Below, piece after piece: positions 29,672 to 40,700 of a stretch of DNA of 64,000 bases. The notes beneath the pieces are model-generated. The model did no database searches. It worked only from the letters and a program-made list of their open reading frames with translations, and was not told the DNA's origin. Numbering within the stretch: position 1 is the stretch's first letter; every line of letters begins with the position of its first letter. This stretch comes from an uncultured Methanomicrobiales archaeon. GTDB taxonomy: Archaea; Halobacteriota; Methanomicrobia; Methanomicrobiales; Methanospirillaceae. Location of the stretch: the NCBI GenBank assembly GCA_903828975.1, contig CAIKOD010000038.1:3187-67186 (forward strand), read 5' to 3'. Both the position numbers and the translations under genes were made by a program.

Positions 29672-30235
29672 ATGGGTGTATTCTATCGTATGAAAATTCT
29701 TACTGCGTGTGTAGTTATCTGTGCATTTCTTCTCATCCTGATGGCAGGGTGTACAAGCCTGCCCGCTTTGAAACCGGTTGCCCCGGTAACCACCGAAGTA
29801 CCTGCAACAAATAACCCTGCTCCTTCCCCCCCGATCATTGATCCAACCCTGTTCGGGACCTGGTACCTCAAAATGATTGCAGGGCAGGGTGGTACGGCAC
29901 CAGTTGAGATGACTGGCCCGCAAATTACTGCAGTGTTCACCAATCAATCCAACATCATCGGATCCTCGGGCTGCAATAATTATAATGGACAATATATCCT
30001 GACCGGCAAGGTCCTCCCTCAAGGGAACGGTATCATGGTGGGCCCTCTCGCATCCAGCACGATGTATTGCCCCAATGCCACGAATAACGAAACAATATAC
30101 TTCAGGATCCTGCAGTCCGCAACAACCTACACCGTGAACGCACACCAGGAATTGACAATAACGGATAATTCGGGGGATACCCTGATATACCAGAGGGCCC
30201 CGTACAGTCCTGCGTTCGTGCGTAAGGGCATTTGA
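29672..30235 (+). CDS. META-domain (HslJ-like) lipoprotein
   Basis: Lipobox LMAGCTS and the GSSGCNNYNGQY motif typical of META/DUF306. The start is 29672 or 29690. Confidence 0.7.
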   Translation: MGVFYRMKILTACVVICAFLLILMAGCTSLPALKPVAPVTTEVPATNNPAPSPPIIDPTLFGTWYLKMIAGQGGTAPVEMTGPQITAVFTNQSNIIGSSGCNNYNGQYILTGKVLPQGNGIMVGPLASSTMYCPNATNNETIYFRILQSATTYTVNAHQELTITDNSGDTLIYQRAPYSPAFVRKGI

Positions 30236-30436
30236 TTTCTTTATTAAGGGAACTATCCCTTTTAGCCCCGTCCGGAAATGTTCATTGTATAGATGAACGC
30301 GGTTGGGACCTTCTTTTCGAAGAGACCGCCCGGTGGGCATGTATACGCAAAATACGGGGGTCCCTGCCATAACGTACAGGGCCGCATCATCCCCGTCACC
30401 GTATCGAAATGGATGGGTGGGCCGGGGATGAGGGCA

Positions 30437-31255
30437 TCACTGCCACGTAACCTCAAGCGGTTTCCGGCGGGGGATACCATAGATCTCGTACTGCGGGTGG
30501 CCGAACATCATTGCATAGGCGCTTTTCCGTCCGGCAGGAATACCGAGCTCCTTCTGAAGCGGCTCATACGAAATAGCGGCCATTGCGACAAATCCTGCCC
30601 AGCAGGTCCCGATACCGAATGCAGGCGCAGCGACGTCGAAATGGGTGAGGGCGATTATCGCATCAACGGATGCAATCGGGTTGCTGTCCGGTATGTGGGC
30701 GAAGAGCAGGTGCGGGGCATCCCTGCAGATAATATCCCGTCCTGCTGCCCATGCACCGACCAGCATCGGGATATAGCCGCTCATCGGGTGGTTAGTATTC
30801 TGCAGGGTTTTCATCCACTCGATGGTCAGCCCGGCAATCTTCCTGACCCTCTTTGGATCATGGACTACCAGCCACTGCACAGGCTGCCCGTTGCTTCCCG
30901 AAGCGGCGTAACGGGCGATATCGAGGACTTCGAGGATCTTTTCCTTTGGTACCGGGTCAGTCGTAAATTCCCTCACTGAACGGCGTTTCTTGAGGTAGAA
31001 TGCCATGTTTTCGGGAGAGATTGTGCCGGCACCGGCTGGCAGGGGCGCTTTCTCATCCGGGCGGACGTTCAGGAGGAGAGCCTCTGACGGGCAGGAGACC
31101 TCACAATGGCCGCACTGGATGCAGTTGCCGGACAATGCATCGGTTACCCCCGGCAGGGTGTTCTCATCGGCGGGGGTAACAATCGCCATCGGGCAGACAT
31201 CAGAGCAGATCCCGCACCGTGTGCAGAGATCCTTGTCAACAAGAATCGTTGTCAT
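30437..31255 (-). CDS. Nitroreductase-family protein with N-terminal 2x[4Fe-4S] ferredoxin domain
   Basis: CTRCGICSDVCP and CIQCGHCEVSCP motifs are followed by a nitroreductase-like domain (RRSVREF...). Confidence 0.8.
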   Translation of the reverse strand: MTTILVDKDLCTRCGICSDVCPMAIVTPADENTLPGVTDALSGNCIQCGHCEVSCPSEALLLNVRPDEKAPLPAGAGTISPENMAFYLKKRRSVREFTTDPVPKEKILEVLDIARYAASGSNGQPVQWLVVHDPKRVRKIAGLTIEWMKTLQNTNHPMSGYIPMLVGAWAAGRDIICRDAPHLLFAHIPDSNPIASVDAIIALTHFDVAAPAFGIGTCWAGFVAMAAISYEPLQKELGIPAGRKSAYAMMFGHPQYEIYGIPRRKPLEVTWQ

Positions 31256-31367
31256 CTTTCACTGGTCCTTATTCATACTGTTTGTCCCTGCTGGTATGTG
31301 ATTCTTTCAAGTACTCCATATACACGCCGCAACCGTTAATAGCCATCCGGTAAGGTCCCTGGGGACC

Positions 31368-31694
31368 TCAATCAGGCAGAGCATAACTGCAGACGGAGCT
31401 GCGAGGTGACCCGAGAAAGATGCAGCCGGAGGCCTCTTCATAAGGGAACTCCGTGACTTTGCCTGGAACGGGAGCGGGTTTGTCGAGTACTACATCAATC
31501 CCACCGAAAACAATGCCATCGAAAAGAAACTCAGGTACGTTATGAAAGTCGATGACACCTGGTGGCTCGGTTCCGGAATATACGCTTGCACGACCGGGTC
31601 TGCCATGGACAACGTGTTGTGGCCGGCTAGCGGCTGATGCAGTCAGCAAGCGATATGGTGATCGGGTGTACAACTGGGAACAGGGGACTTCCAT
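31368..31694 (-). CDS. Hypothetical protein (doubtful)
   Basis: 108-aa ORF between the nitroreductase and ABC operons. No motifs recognised, and a competing ORF lies on the other strand. Confidence 0.2.
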   Translation of the reverse strand: MEVPCSQLYTRSPYRLLTASAASRPQHVVHGRPGRASVYSGTEPPGVIDFHNVPEFLFDGIVFGGIDVVLDKPAPVPGKVTEFPYEEASGCIFLGSPRSSVCSYALPD

Positions 31695-31817
31695 TTTCTG
31701 TCAGGCCTTGCCAGGACATAAAAGTATTCACCGACCAGGTAATTGCCCCCTGTACCTCTTTGGACTCCTGATTTTGACGGGTTCTTCCTCCCTGAAATCC
31801 CCAATCACTGCTTTTTC

Positions 31818-32579
31818 TTATTCATTGAACTTTTTGTACAGGTGGTTTGCCACGAGCTGGAAGACCAGGATGAAAAAGAGGAGCATCACGATATCGACAA
31901 TCGGGTTAAAATGGGGGTCTCCCGCAAATGCCGCATGAATCAGGTCGTTACCATACGTGAGGGGGGAAAGGTACGTGATGAAATGACCGATTTGGGGGAT
32001 CTGGTCCAGGGGAATAAATATCCCGGAAACGAAGATAAGGGGCAGCCGTACGAGGTTTAACATAGACATGATATCCCCTGGGCTTTCCGTCGGGTACGCG
32101 GCAAAGAGAGTCCCCATTGTTGCAAAACAAAACGAGGTGAGGAGAAGACCGGCAACGAGTGGGGCAATGCCGATGACCTGGGTCTGGAACAACAGGATCC
32201 CGGCGATGAGGGGTACAAAAGCAATACCAAGGCTATACAGGAACCCACTCATGCTTTCGCCGAGAACAACCGTGTGCAGCGAGATTGGGGCGGATAAGAG
32301 CCGGTCAAAGGTTTTCATCCTCCGTTCGATGGGAATGGAGACCGGTTCAATTGAGGACGCAGAGAATAGTATCGTGATCGCGATAAGGCCGGGGATCATC
32401 ACCGTTGGATCCGCCGGTCTCCCGACAGCGAATGCGAGGAACATGAAGAGGGGGAAGAGCATGCCGGATACGATGATGTTTGGCTTGAGATAGTAGATGC
32501 GGATGTCCTTTTTGGCGATCGCCCAGGCCGCGTGCAGCTCCGTGCAGACCTGTCCGCACTGGTCTTCGAGATCAGTCAA
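31818..32579 (-). CDS. ABC-2 type exporter permease
   Basis: 253 aa with six TM segments. It overlaps the upstream ATPase gene by 8 nt. Confidence 0.8.
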   Translation of the reverse strand: MTDLEDQCGQVCTELHAAWAIAKKDIRIYYLKPNIIVSGMLFPLFMFLAFAVGRPADPTVMIPGLIAITILFSASSIEPVSIPIERRMKTFDRLLSAPISLHTVVLGESMSGFLYSLGIAFVPLIAGILLFQTQVIGIAPLVAGLLLTSFCFATMGTLFAAYPTESPGDIMSMLNLVRLPLIFVSGIFIPLDQIPQIGHFITYLSPLTYGNDLIHAAFAGDPHFNPIVDIVMLLFFILVFQLVANHLYKKFNE

Positions 32580-33528
32580 CAGTTTTCACCCCTTTTGTCC
32601 TGATATCGAGACCTGTCAGGCGGATGAATACATCCTCAAGACTCGGGCCGAGAGTCTTAACACTTATGACACGGATATGATGGTCCTTCGCGTACTCCAT
32701 CACACCATCAAGGACCCCGGGTGGGTCTTCGGTGATCAGCCGGAACTTATCCCCCTGTTTTCTGACCTCGCTCACACGAGGTATCTGTTCAAGGTCGTCA
32801 ACGCGGACCAGGGAAACCGGCTCAAAGGCAACCTCGATTGACTGGACGCTCCGGATCGTATGCTTGAGACGTTCGGGAGAATCGGTGGCAGCAATATGTC
32901 CCCGGTTGATGATCGCCACCCTGTCACAGGCAAGATTTGCTTCTTCGATATTGTGGGTCGTAAGAAAGACCGTTACGCCGGTCTTGTTGAGTTCGCGGAT
33001 CACGTCCCTGATGATCAGGTTGCTCTGCACGTCCAGTCCGGACGTCGGTTCGTCGAGGAATAGCAGGCGGGGGTGGTTGATAAGTCCCATGGCAAGCGTG
33101 AGCCGCCGTTTCATACCTTTTGAAAAACCGTTCGTCTTGTCATCCCGCCGTTCGGAAAGACCGAAGAGCTCGAGAAGGTCAGAACCCCGTTTTTCGCGGT
33201 CCTTCCGGCTGACATTGTAGAGCTCCGCCGTGAACATCAGGTTCTGCCATGCAGAAAGGTCAGTATAGATGTTGGACGTCTCATGTACGATCCCCATCTG
33301 CCTGCGGGCAGCGATGGTATCACGCACGATATCCCTGCCGAATATGCGTGCAGTCCCCTCAGTTGGCGCGGAGATCCCGGTCAGGATACGGATCGTTGTC
33401 GTTTTCCCGGCACCGTTCGGCCCGAGAAACCCGAAGGTCTCTCCTTCGTTGACCGCGAAATCAACCCCTGATAACGCCTGGATGTTGCCGAACCGTTTTG
33501 ACAGGGAGAGTGCTTCGATGGCATACAT
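32572..33528 (-). CDS. ABC transporter ATP-binding protein
   Basis: Walker A GPNGAGKTT, signature FSKGMKRRL and Walker B LLFLDEPTSGLD are present. Confidence 0.9.
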   Translation of the reverse strand: MYAIEALSLSKRFGNIQALSGVDFAVNEGETFGFLGPNGAGKTTTIRILTGISAPTEGTARIFGRDIVRDTIAARRQMGIVHETSNIYTDLSAWQNLMFTAELYNVSRKDREKRGSDLLELFGLSERRDDKTNGFSKGMKRRLTLAMGLINHPRLLFLDEPTSGLDVQSNLIIRDVIRELNKTGVTVFLTTHNIEEANLACDRVAIINRGHIAATDSPERLKHTIRSVQSIEVAFEPVSLVRVDDLEQIPRVSEVRKQGDKFRLITEDPPGVLDGVMEYAKDHHIRVISVKTLGPSLEDVFIRLTGLDIRTKGVKTVD

Positions 33529-33677
33529 GGCAGATCAACCGCCGGGCTGTGACGGGAGGATATTTTCTGTATACCGCGATGTATCTCCTCATTCCCATGT
33601 AAAGATTTCTTTACGTTAAAAACAAATTCTGTCATCGTCACGGTGATGAACCCGTTTCAGGGATTCAAGACCATGAC

Positions 33678-34067
33678 CTATTTGGTGAGAGTTCCACCCG
33701 GTTCTCTTTCTTCTCTCTTCAATTTTTCAAGTATCACTGACCTGTTATGGTTCGCCTCCTGGTTGGAAGGATCTTCTTTTAAGGCTTTATCAAATTTTAA
33801 CAGTGCTTCGCTATACCGTCCCATCTGGATGAGGCAGGTCCCCATCTCGTTGAATGCCTTTGCAAAGCGTGGAGCGGCGGTCACCACCTGTTTCAGACGT
33901 TGTAATGCGACTTCGTAGTTCCCCTGCCTTGATAGTTCTACTGCCTGCCGATAGGCGAATTGTACTTCAAGCGGAATTTTCCCCCCATTTACGTGCATCC
34001 TGAACCCCCCCAGCTGGCCACGGTGGAATAGATAAAAGTCCGGTGGTAAATCTTCATTTCTGCTCAT
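33678..34067 (-). CDS. TPR-repeat protein
   Basis: Two to three TPR units (YRQAVELSRQGNYEVALQRLKQVV..., FNEMGTCLIQMGRYSEALLKFDKALKEDP). Confidence 0.7.
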   Translation of the reverse strand: MSRNEDLPPDFYLFHRGQLGGFRMHVNGGKIPLEVQFAYRQAVELSRQGNYEVALQRLKQVVTAAPRFAKAFNEMGTCLIQMGRYSEALLKFDKALKEDPSNQEANHNRSVILEKLKREEREPGGTLTK

Positions 34068-34324
34068 GGCATTTTAATATTTGCGCGGCAGGTACGCTGT
34101 GCATACGCAAAAGTGAGAGATGAATACATCTGAATGACCCTCTCCTTTCTAACAAGGCAACACAGAATAATGCCCTAAATCTCTGGTACCTGGTTATAAC
34201 TGTTGCAAAAATAATTACCTGGTGATGGAAAGCAAAATCACCGGACCTGCCGCCCACCCATGCCATCGGATTATCAGGGCTGCCTTTTTTGAGAAATCCC
34301 CGGGACTCCTTTCATGCCCACCTC

Positions 34325-34504
34325 TCACATTGCTTTCCATACCACGAAATATGCCAGTAATAAAACAAAAAACACGATAATTACTTCGATAACTGGCAGG
34401 ACGGCGTTAGAAATATAGTGAGGGACTACAAAAACCCCGACGAGTATTATGATTATGCCAAGGAGGATCAGCCCGATTTTTTTAAGAGCGACGCTGGTTT
34501 CCAT
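34325..34504 (-). CDS. Small two-TM membrane protein (59 aa, below the ORF-track cutoff)
   Basis: Manual translation: METSVALKKIGLILLGIIIILVGVFVVPHYISNAVLPVIEVIIVFFVLLLAYFVVWKAM*. Two clear hydrophobic helices. Confidence 0.4.
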   Translation of the reverse strand: METSVALKKIGLILLGIIIILVGVFVVPHYISNAVLPVIEVIIVFFVLLLAYFVVWKAM

Positions 34505-34680
34505 ACTATAGAATTGAATACGTAAATGAGATATATACCTTATCTATCAGAATAATTGAGAAGATGCCCTGATGACAATATCCACCCTATGGCCCGGCAA
34601 TCTGGAACGGGGTCTGTTATTCTATCTTGCGGTTGACTAACTCCTCGAGGAGACGGGGTTTTAACAGAGCCTATATATCA

Positions 34681-35118
34681 ATGGTTCAATTATATGCTAC
34701 TATGGACATCAATGACCTGCTGAAACAGTATTTTAAGATCACGTATATTATCCTCATCGCTCTCTTTGCGGTCATTGTCACATTCGCAGTCTGCATGCTC
34801 GTTTTCCTTGTATTTGATACTCTTTCGGTCCATTCCCCTGGTTTGCTTGAAAATCATGAATTATTGGACCTGTTTGGGTATTTTCTTCTCGTCCTGATAG
34901 GGGTCGAACTCCTTGTAACGTTATCGGCATATATCAATGAAAAAGTGATCCACGTGGAGATTGTGGTTGTCGTTGCGATCATCGCTATTGCACGGGGAGT
35001 AATTCTGTGGGAACCAGGTTCAGTGGACCCATTGATTATGTTTGCGACAGCAGCGACCATCTTCACGCTCTGTTCAGGCTATTATTTCCTTAAAAAAGGA
35101 GGAATCCAAAATCAGTAG
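34681..35118 (+). CDS. PsiE-like (phosphate-starvation-inducible E family) membrane protein
   Basis: LDLFGYFLLVLIGVELLVTL...VIHVEIVVVVAIIAIARGVI matches the PsiE-family pattern. The start is set at the ATG at 34681. Confidence 0.6.
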   Translation: MVQLYATMDINDLLKQYFKITYIILIALFAVIVTFAVCMLVFLVFDTLSVHSPGLLENHELLDLFGYFLLVLIGVELLVTLSAYINEKVIHVEIVVVVAIIAIARGVILWEPGSVDPLIMFATAATIFTLCSGYYFLKKGGIQNQ

Positions 35119-35269
35119 GGCTGCATCGCATAGCTAGACGCAGGCAAAAGGAGAGCCCTGTACCAGGTTATGAAGGGCGAACCCTGGAAAATGCCAGACC
35201 CGGTGGGATAAACAAAAAAAATGTACGCCCTTTTCAGGTCGGTCTTTTTAATTTCCAAAAAAAACCGGA

Positions 35270-35767
35270 CTACTCCCGAATCGATTCATTTGACATGCTG
35301 AGATAATGATTACTTCTTTGAAATAATGTATTTCCCTGTTCTAAATACGTAAAGGCGGTTGTATAATCTTCTGACCGGGCCGCAACTGCACTCTTCGAAA
35401 AGTACTCGCATACTGTTTGTACATCGAGTAATCCCAGGAGATAATTTGTTTTCCATGCCTGGTATTTTGGGGACACGTTGAGGTCTCTCAGCCGGAAGTA
35501 ATACTGGCCTGCCAGAGAACTAAGTCTGGCAGAATCGGCCTCTAATGATACAATATCCTTTCCGGACGCATCGTCTGAAACTTTTAATATTGCCGGACCT
35601 ATTATCTTCCCTGACTCTGTTCCTATGGATAACAATTCTGCATCCTGGTACGTTGGTGGAACAGCTGACGGGGCCTGTGCAACACATCCTGCGATAGCTG
35701 CAGTGAATGAGAATACGATCAGAACCGCACCAAGTAAAGGAAAAATTGGGCGTTTTATAAAGTGCAT
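35270..35767 (-). CDS. Hypothetical lipoprotein
   Basis: Start at the internal ATG (MHFIKRPIFPLLGAVLIVFSFTAAIAGC lipobox). No family recognised. Confidence 0.5.
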   Translation of the reverse strand: MHFIKRPIFPLLGAVLIVFSFTAAIAGCVAQAPSAVPPTYQDAELLSIGTESGKIIGPAILKVSDDASGKDIVSLEADSARLSSLAGQYYFRLRDLNVSPKYQAWKTNYLLGLLDVQTVCEYFSKSAVAARSEDYTTAFTYLEQGNTLFQRSNHYLSMSNESIRE

Positions 35768-35900
35768 ACCATTGATTAAGCGATAAACCCACCTGTTTGA
35801 AAATCTGATGTGGTAAGAGGTACGGCCATAAACCGTCATTACTATTGTCTAAAAGTATTCAAGCTCAGAAAACAACTCTGGTAGAGGTGTGTCATCTTAA

Positions 35901-36032
35901 ATGGCGGAATACGCAAGCAACAGGGAAAAATGGTTAATCATTCTCCTGGTGATAATTGTGGTGGCAGGTGTTGTATTATCTGTTGTAATGTATGGACCAC
36001 ACTGGATTAAGGGGATTTCCGCTTTTATTTGA
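35901..36032 (+). CDS. Possible 43-aa single-TM micro-protein
   Basis: Manual translation: MAEYASNREKWLIILLVIIVVAGVVLSVVMYGPHWIKGISAFI*. Confidence 0.25.
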   Translation: MAEYASNREKWLIILLVIIVVAGVVLSVVMYGPHWIKGISAFI

Positions 36033-36122
36033 ACTACCAAACCTGGTAACATCATTCAATTCTATTTTTGTAGCAGGGGATGGCTGATAACAACCCCATT
36101 CGGGGATGCGACATACTGTATT

Positions 36123-36518
36123 TCACACATCATAAACCGGCACGGCACGGACATTGTAGTCTTTTAAGCACTCCCCATCAAGTTCAACCGCAACAGTCGT
36201 GGACGCCCCGGGTGCAAGCGTCCCGATATAGATATCCCGCGAATCCCTGACTACATCATCGTTAATATGGACAAGCATGACCCCGAGTCTCACATTTCTG
36301 GCTGGTGTAGAGCCCGTATTAAAGACCTGGTACTGCACTGTGTAATAGCAACCCCGGATAATACCCCAGTCTTCGGACTGCTTGAGTAGTGTCGCCTGCA
36401 CCTGGGTTACCTGGCCACCCTGGTCATACGTCCCGACGCTGTTCAACGAGGAACACCCTGCAACCATGATAGAAGTACCAATACATAGTACTATCAGTGC
36501 TAATCCGGCGGTTTTCAT
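36123..36518 (-). CDS. Small lipoprotein with CARDB-like beta-sandwich features
   Basis: Lipobox MVAGCSS. The pattern YQVFNTGSTPARNVRLGV...GTLAPGASTTVAVEL resembles CARDB-type domains. Confidence 0.5.
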   Translation of the reverse strand: MKTAGLALIVLCIGTSIMVAGCSSLNSVGTYDQGGQVTQVQATLLKQSEDWGIIRGCYYTVQYQVFNTGSTPARNVRLGVMLVHINDDVVRDSRDIYIGTLAPGASTTVAVELDGECLKDYNVRAVPVYDV

Positions 36519-36697
36519 CCTTTTTCACCTGTACATGCATATGTATGTGATGTCCAATCAATGTCGCTACCTGGATTACCACCGGACTGTTGATTCCAGT
36601 CAGGGGGCAAGGAGAAGGCCTTTGAGCAATGCGTCTAGGAGACCCCCCGATATCGGACGTGCTCATCCACGGGAAACCTAAAGGGAGCCAAGAAAGA

Positions 36698-36811
36698 TCG
36701 AGAGGGGTTCCCATGAAAATGCCTGAACTGACCCCAAAATAAAGAGATTTTGAACGAGCCATTTTCATTGTAAGGGTGTGAACTTCCCGTTCATGTATGT
36801 TTCAATAAAGT
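36698..36811 (+). repeat. Two-hairpin module of MITE family 1 (5'-truncated copy)
   Basis: GAGAGGGGTTCCCATGAAAATGCC...GCCATTTTCATTG...GTGAACTTCCCGTTCATGTATGTTTCAATAAAGTC. It abuts the stop of the flavoprotein gene. Confidence 0.65.
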
Positions 36812-36814
36812 CAA

Positions 36815-37410
36815 TTATTCCATTTTTTTCATCAGCCACGCCATGTTCTGGCCAAGTGTCTTCATCGTTGCCAGCCCTTCCTTGTCCTTTTTCACATCGC
36901 CCGGTTCCAGACCCATACCGATGTTCCAGTACGATGAACCGGGACAACCATCTGGCTGATGAGGAAGAAGTGGTTCAGGGTGTCGAAGGTATGGATTGCA
37001 CCGGCCCGACGGGCTGCAACCACCGCAGCACCCACCTTTCGCCGGAACATGTGATCGTTTGCCCGGGCAACGTATCCCGCACGGTCGATGAGGGCTTTCA
37101 TCTCATACGAAACATCCGTAAAGTACGTGGGCGATGCAAGGATGATCCCGTCCGCTTCAACCATCTTCCCGATGCACTTGTTGATGATATCGTTGTGGAT
37201 CACACATTGCTGGTCACGGTTCTTTTTACACCTTCCGCAGGCGAGGCAGCCCTGCACCTTTTTACCGGCGAGCTGCACCAGCTCGGTCTCAATATTCTCT
37301 TTTTTCAGTTCCTTAAACACCGTTTTTACCAGGATGGCGGTATTGCCGTCTTTCCTGGCACTCCCGTTGAATGCAACAACCTTCATGAGATTTCCTCCGC
37401 GTGTTGCCAT
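36815..37410 (-). pseudogene. Flavodoxin-fold NAD(P)H-dependent FMN reductase / iron-sulfur flavoprotein gene with a 1-nt frameshift
   Basis: Frame 1 (37410-36892) reads [16 protein letters not shown]...ISQMVVP and then gives junk and a stop. Shifting one base at ~36940-36942 gives [41 protein letters not shown], the expected family C-terminus, ending at 36815. Confidence 0.7.
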
Positions 37411-37726
37411 TATAATTGGGATCTTATAGAATGATCGTCCGGGTATTCTATCCGATCTACATTATTGGACCGGTGATTAGCGAGGTGTGTGCAGTGTCCT
37501 TCTATGACCGTATTATGGCAGAGTGAGATTTTCTGGCATGTCTCTTTTTTTACAGGGATTGCCAGGGAAATATCCGTTTTTCTGACCTCCTGATGCCCTG
37601 ATATCTGCATGATTGTGCTCCCTGATTGCGAAACCAGCGCGGTTCCGGTGGTGAAAACAGGACAGTGCTGGTGGCCGGGATTTCAATACCGAAAGATTTG
37701 TCGTATTGGATAGACCATCGAATATA

Positions 37727-40700
37727 ATGGCCGATGTACTCCGGGTCCTCTATGTTGATGATGAGCCCGGCCTGCTTGAGATTAGCAAGCTGTTTCTTGA
37801 GAAAGTGGGTGCGTTTTCAGTCGATACAGTGCCATCAGCCAAAGAGGCACTCATACGGCTGAACACGGAGCGATATGACGCCATCATCTCTGACTACCTG
37901 ATGCCGGAGATGGACGGGATCATGTTCCTCGTGGAGCTCAGAGTGTTGGGGAATACTACACCCTTCATCATCTTCACCGGCAGGGGGCGTGAAGAAGTGG
38001 TCATTGAGGCGCTTAACGAGGGTGCTGATTTTTATATCCAGAAAGGCGGCGACCCGGAGTCGCAGTATGTCGAGCTGGCGCACAAGATCCGATCGGCGGT
38101 AAGCCGGCAAAGGACAGAAAATCAGGCAAAGGATACCGAGAGGCGGCTCCATGACATTACGAATTTCCTTCCTGATGCAACATTCGCGATAGATAAAGAG
38201 GGGTTCGTGATTGCATGGAACCGGGCAATTGAGGAGATGACAGGTGTCCCTGCCAACGATATGCTTGGCAAGGGCAACTACGAATACTCTGTCCCTTTTT
38301 ATGGTGAGCGCCGTCCGATCCTTATTGATCTCGTATCCATTCCCGATGATGAACGTACAACGGGCAGGTATTCAAACATCAAAAGAGAGGGGAGCATCAT
38401 CACCGCTGAGACGTCCCTCCCACGCCCTTCAGGCAGATATTCAGTCCTGATGGGCAGGGCATCCGTGCTCTATAACAGCAAAGGGGATGTTATCGGCGCA
38501 ATCGAGTCCATCCGGGACATCACTGAACAGAAACGAAACGAGGAATCGTTGGGTGAGAGCGGACAGAAGTACCGCACGGTCATTGAGCAGAGCAATGACG
38601 GAATTTTTATTGCCCAGGATGGCCTGCTGGTCTTCCACAATCCTTCTTTTGCTACCCTGACCGGCTACAGCAGTGCCGACCTCTACGGTCGATCAATCGC
38701 TGACCTGATTGCACCAGAAGACCGGGACCTGGTCCTGACCCGGCACCGGGAACGATCAGCAGGAAAAGCCCTTCCCGAGGAATACGAGTTTTCTGTGCTC
38801 CACCATGACGGGACGACCCGGATCCGGGTTATAATGCATATCTCTTCAGCATCGGTTGGGGGGAGACCTGCAACCATCGGTACACTCCATAATGTTACTG
38901 AGGAACGGCGACGGGAGGAAGCGTTGCGGGTAAGTGAGGAGAAATACCGTAGTGTCATCGAAAATATACAGGACATGTTCTACCGGAGCGACAGGGAGGG
39001 GAACCTGATCATGGCAAGCCCGAGCTGTATACGAAAACTTGGATATGGGTCTATTGATGAAATCATCAATAAACCAATATCAGAGACATTCTACATTTCA
39101 CCGGAAAAACGAAAGGAAATGGTCCGGATCATTGACGAAAAGGGATTCATAGAGGACTCCGAGGTGCAGTTGAAACGAAAGGATGGCTCACCCCTCTGGG
39201 TGACATCCTCCAGCCATCATTACCGGGACGAAAACGGTATGATCGCTGGCATTGAGGGGATCTTCCATGATATTTCCGAGCGCAAGCTGGCAGACAAGGC
39301 GCTAAGGGAGAGCGAGCTGCTTTTCCGCGAGGTCTTTAACAATGCAAACGATGCGGTATTCCTGCTTGAAAGAACCCCAGATGGTCCCGGCAACTACCTT
39401 CTTGTGAATGATAAAGCCGTCCGGATGCTGGGATATTCAGAAGAAGAGCTCCTGGCGATGTCTCCCCGGGACATTGTTCCTGATGAGTTTCATAAAAAAA
39501 TCATGCCTGGTATCATTAAAAAACTGCTCAAAGACGAGCATGCTACCTTTGAGTCTTCACACAGGCGAAAAGACGGGAGTATCTACCCGGTGGAAGTCAG
39601 TACCCATACGTTCCGTTACATGGAGAAGGATGTTGATCTCTCAATTGTCCGCGACATCACCGAGCGCAAGCGTGCGGAAGAATCAGAGCGGGAGAGTGAG
39701 GTCAGATACCGCACGGTATTCGAAAATGCCGGCGATGCGATCGCGGTCCATGATCTTGAAGGAAATTTCGTTGAAGTCAATAACGTTATCTGCAGACGTT
39801 TTGGCTATTCCCGGGAAGAACTATTAACGATGAAGGTGGCTGATGTTGATGACCCGGTGCATGCCCGTAATGTGGAGGGGCTGATTCGGGAACTTACCAA
39901 AAAGGGGCATATTTTTTTTGAAACGGTTCACATAACGCGGGATGGCCGGCAGATTTCCGAGGAAGTCAGTGCAGTTCTTATCAATCTCGGTAATAAGCCA
40001 CACGTTATGAGCATAGCCCGCGATATCACCGAGCGCAAAGAGCTCGAAAAGGAGATGGAGCACCATGCACAGGAACTCAGGAAATTCTCAACTTCGCTCG
40101 CATCTGCAAATAAAAAATTCACCCTCCTGTCCTCTGTCACCCGGCACGACATCAACAACCAGCTCGCGATGCTACGGGGGTACCTCGCCATTCTGGAAGA
40201 TAGTAAACCCGCCCCCTCACAGGAAGAGTATTTCCGGAAGGCTTCAGCCGCTGCACAGCGTATCTCCGCCATGATCCATTTTACCAAGGAATACGAACAG
40301 ATCGGTGTCAATTCCCCTGTCTGGCAGGACTTGCGCACACTTGTGGAAACCGCGTCAAAGCAAACCCAGCTCGGAAAGATCAACGTAAAGAACGAACTTC
40401 CGGGCGGTGCTGAAGTGTTTGCAGACCCGCTGATTATTAAGGTCTTTTACAATCTCATGGACAATGCGGTGCGATATGGTGGGGATATTACGACCATCAG
40501 GTTCTCTGTGGAGGAACACGATAGTGATCATATTCTTATTTGTGAGGATGACGGTCCGGGTGTCACGTCTGAAGAGAAGGAGAAGATTTTCGACCGTGAA
40601 TTTGGGAAAAACACCGGGCTCGGGCTCTTCCTCTCCCGGGAAATCCTCGACATCACCGGCATTACTATCACAGAGACCGGTGAGCCGGGCAGGGGGGCAC

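Noticed and set aside
29606-30370. 254-aa minus-strand ORF overlapping the META-domain gene
   Set aside because: The plus-strand product has a lipobox and the META signature. The minus-strand peptide is Cys/Arg/Gly-rich with no features.
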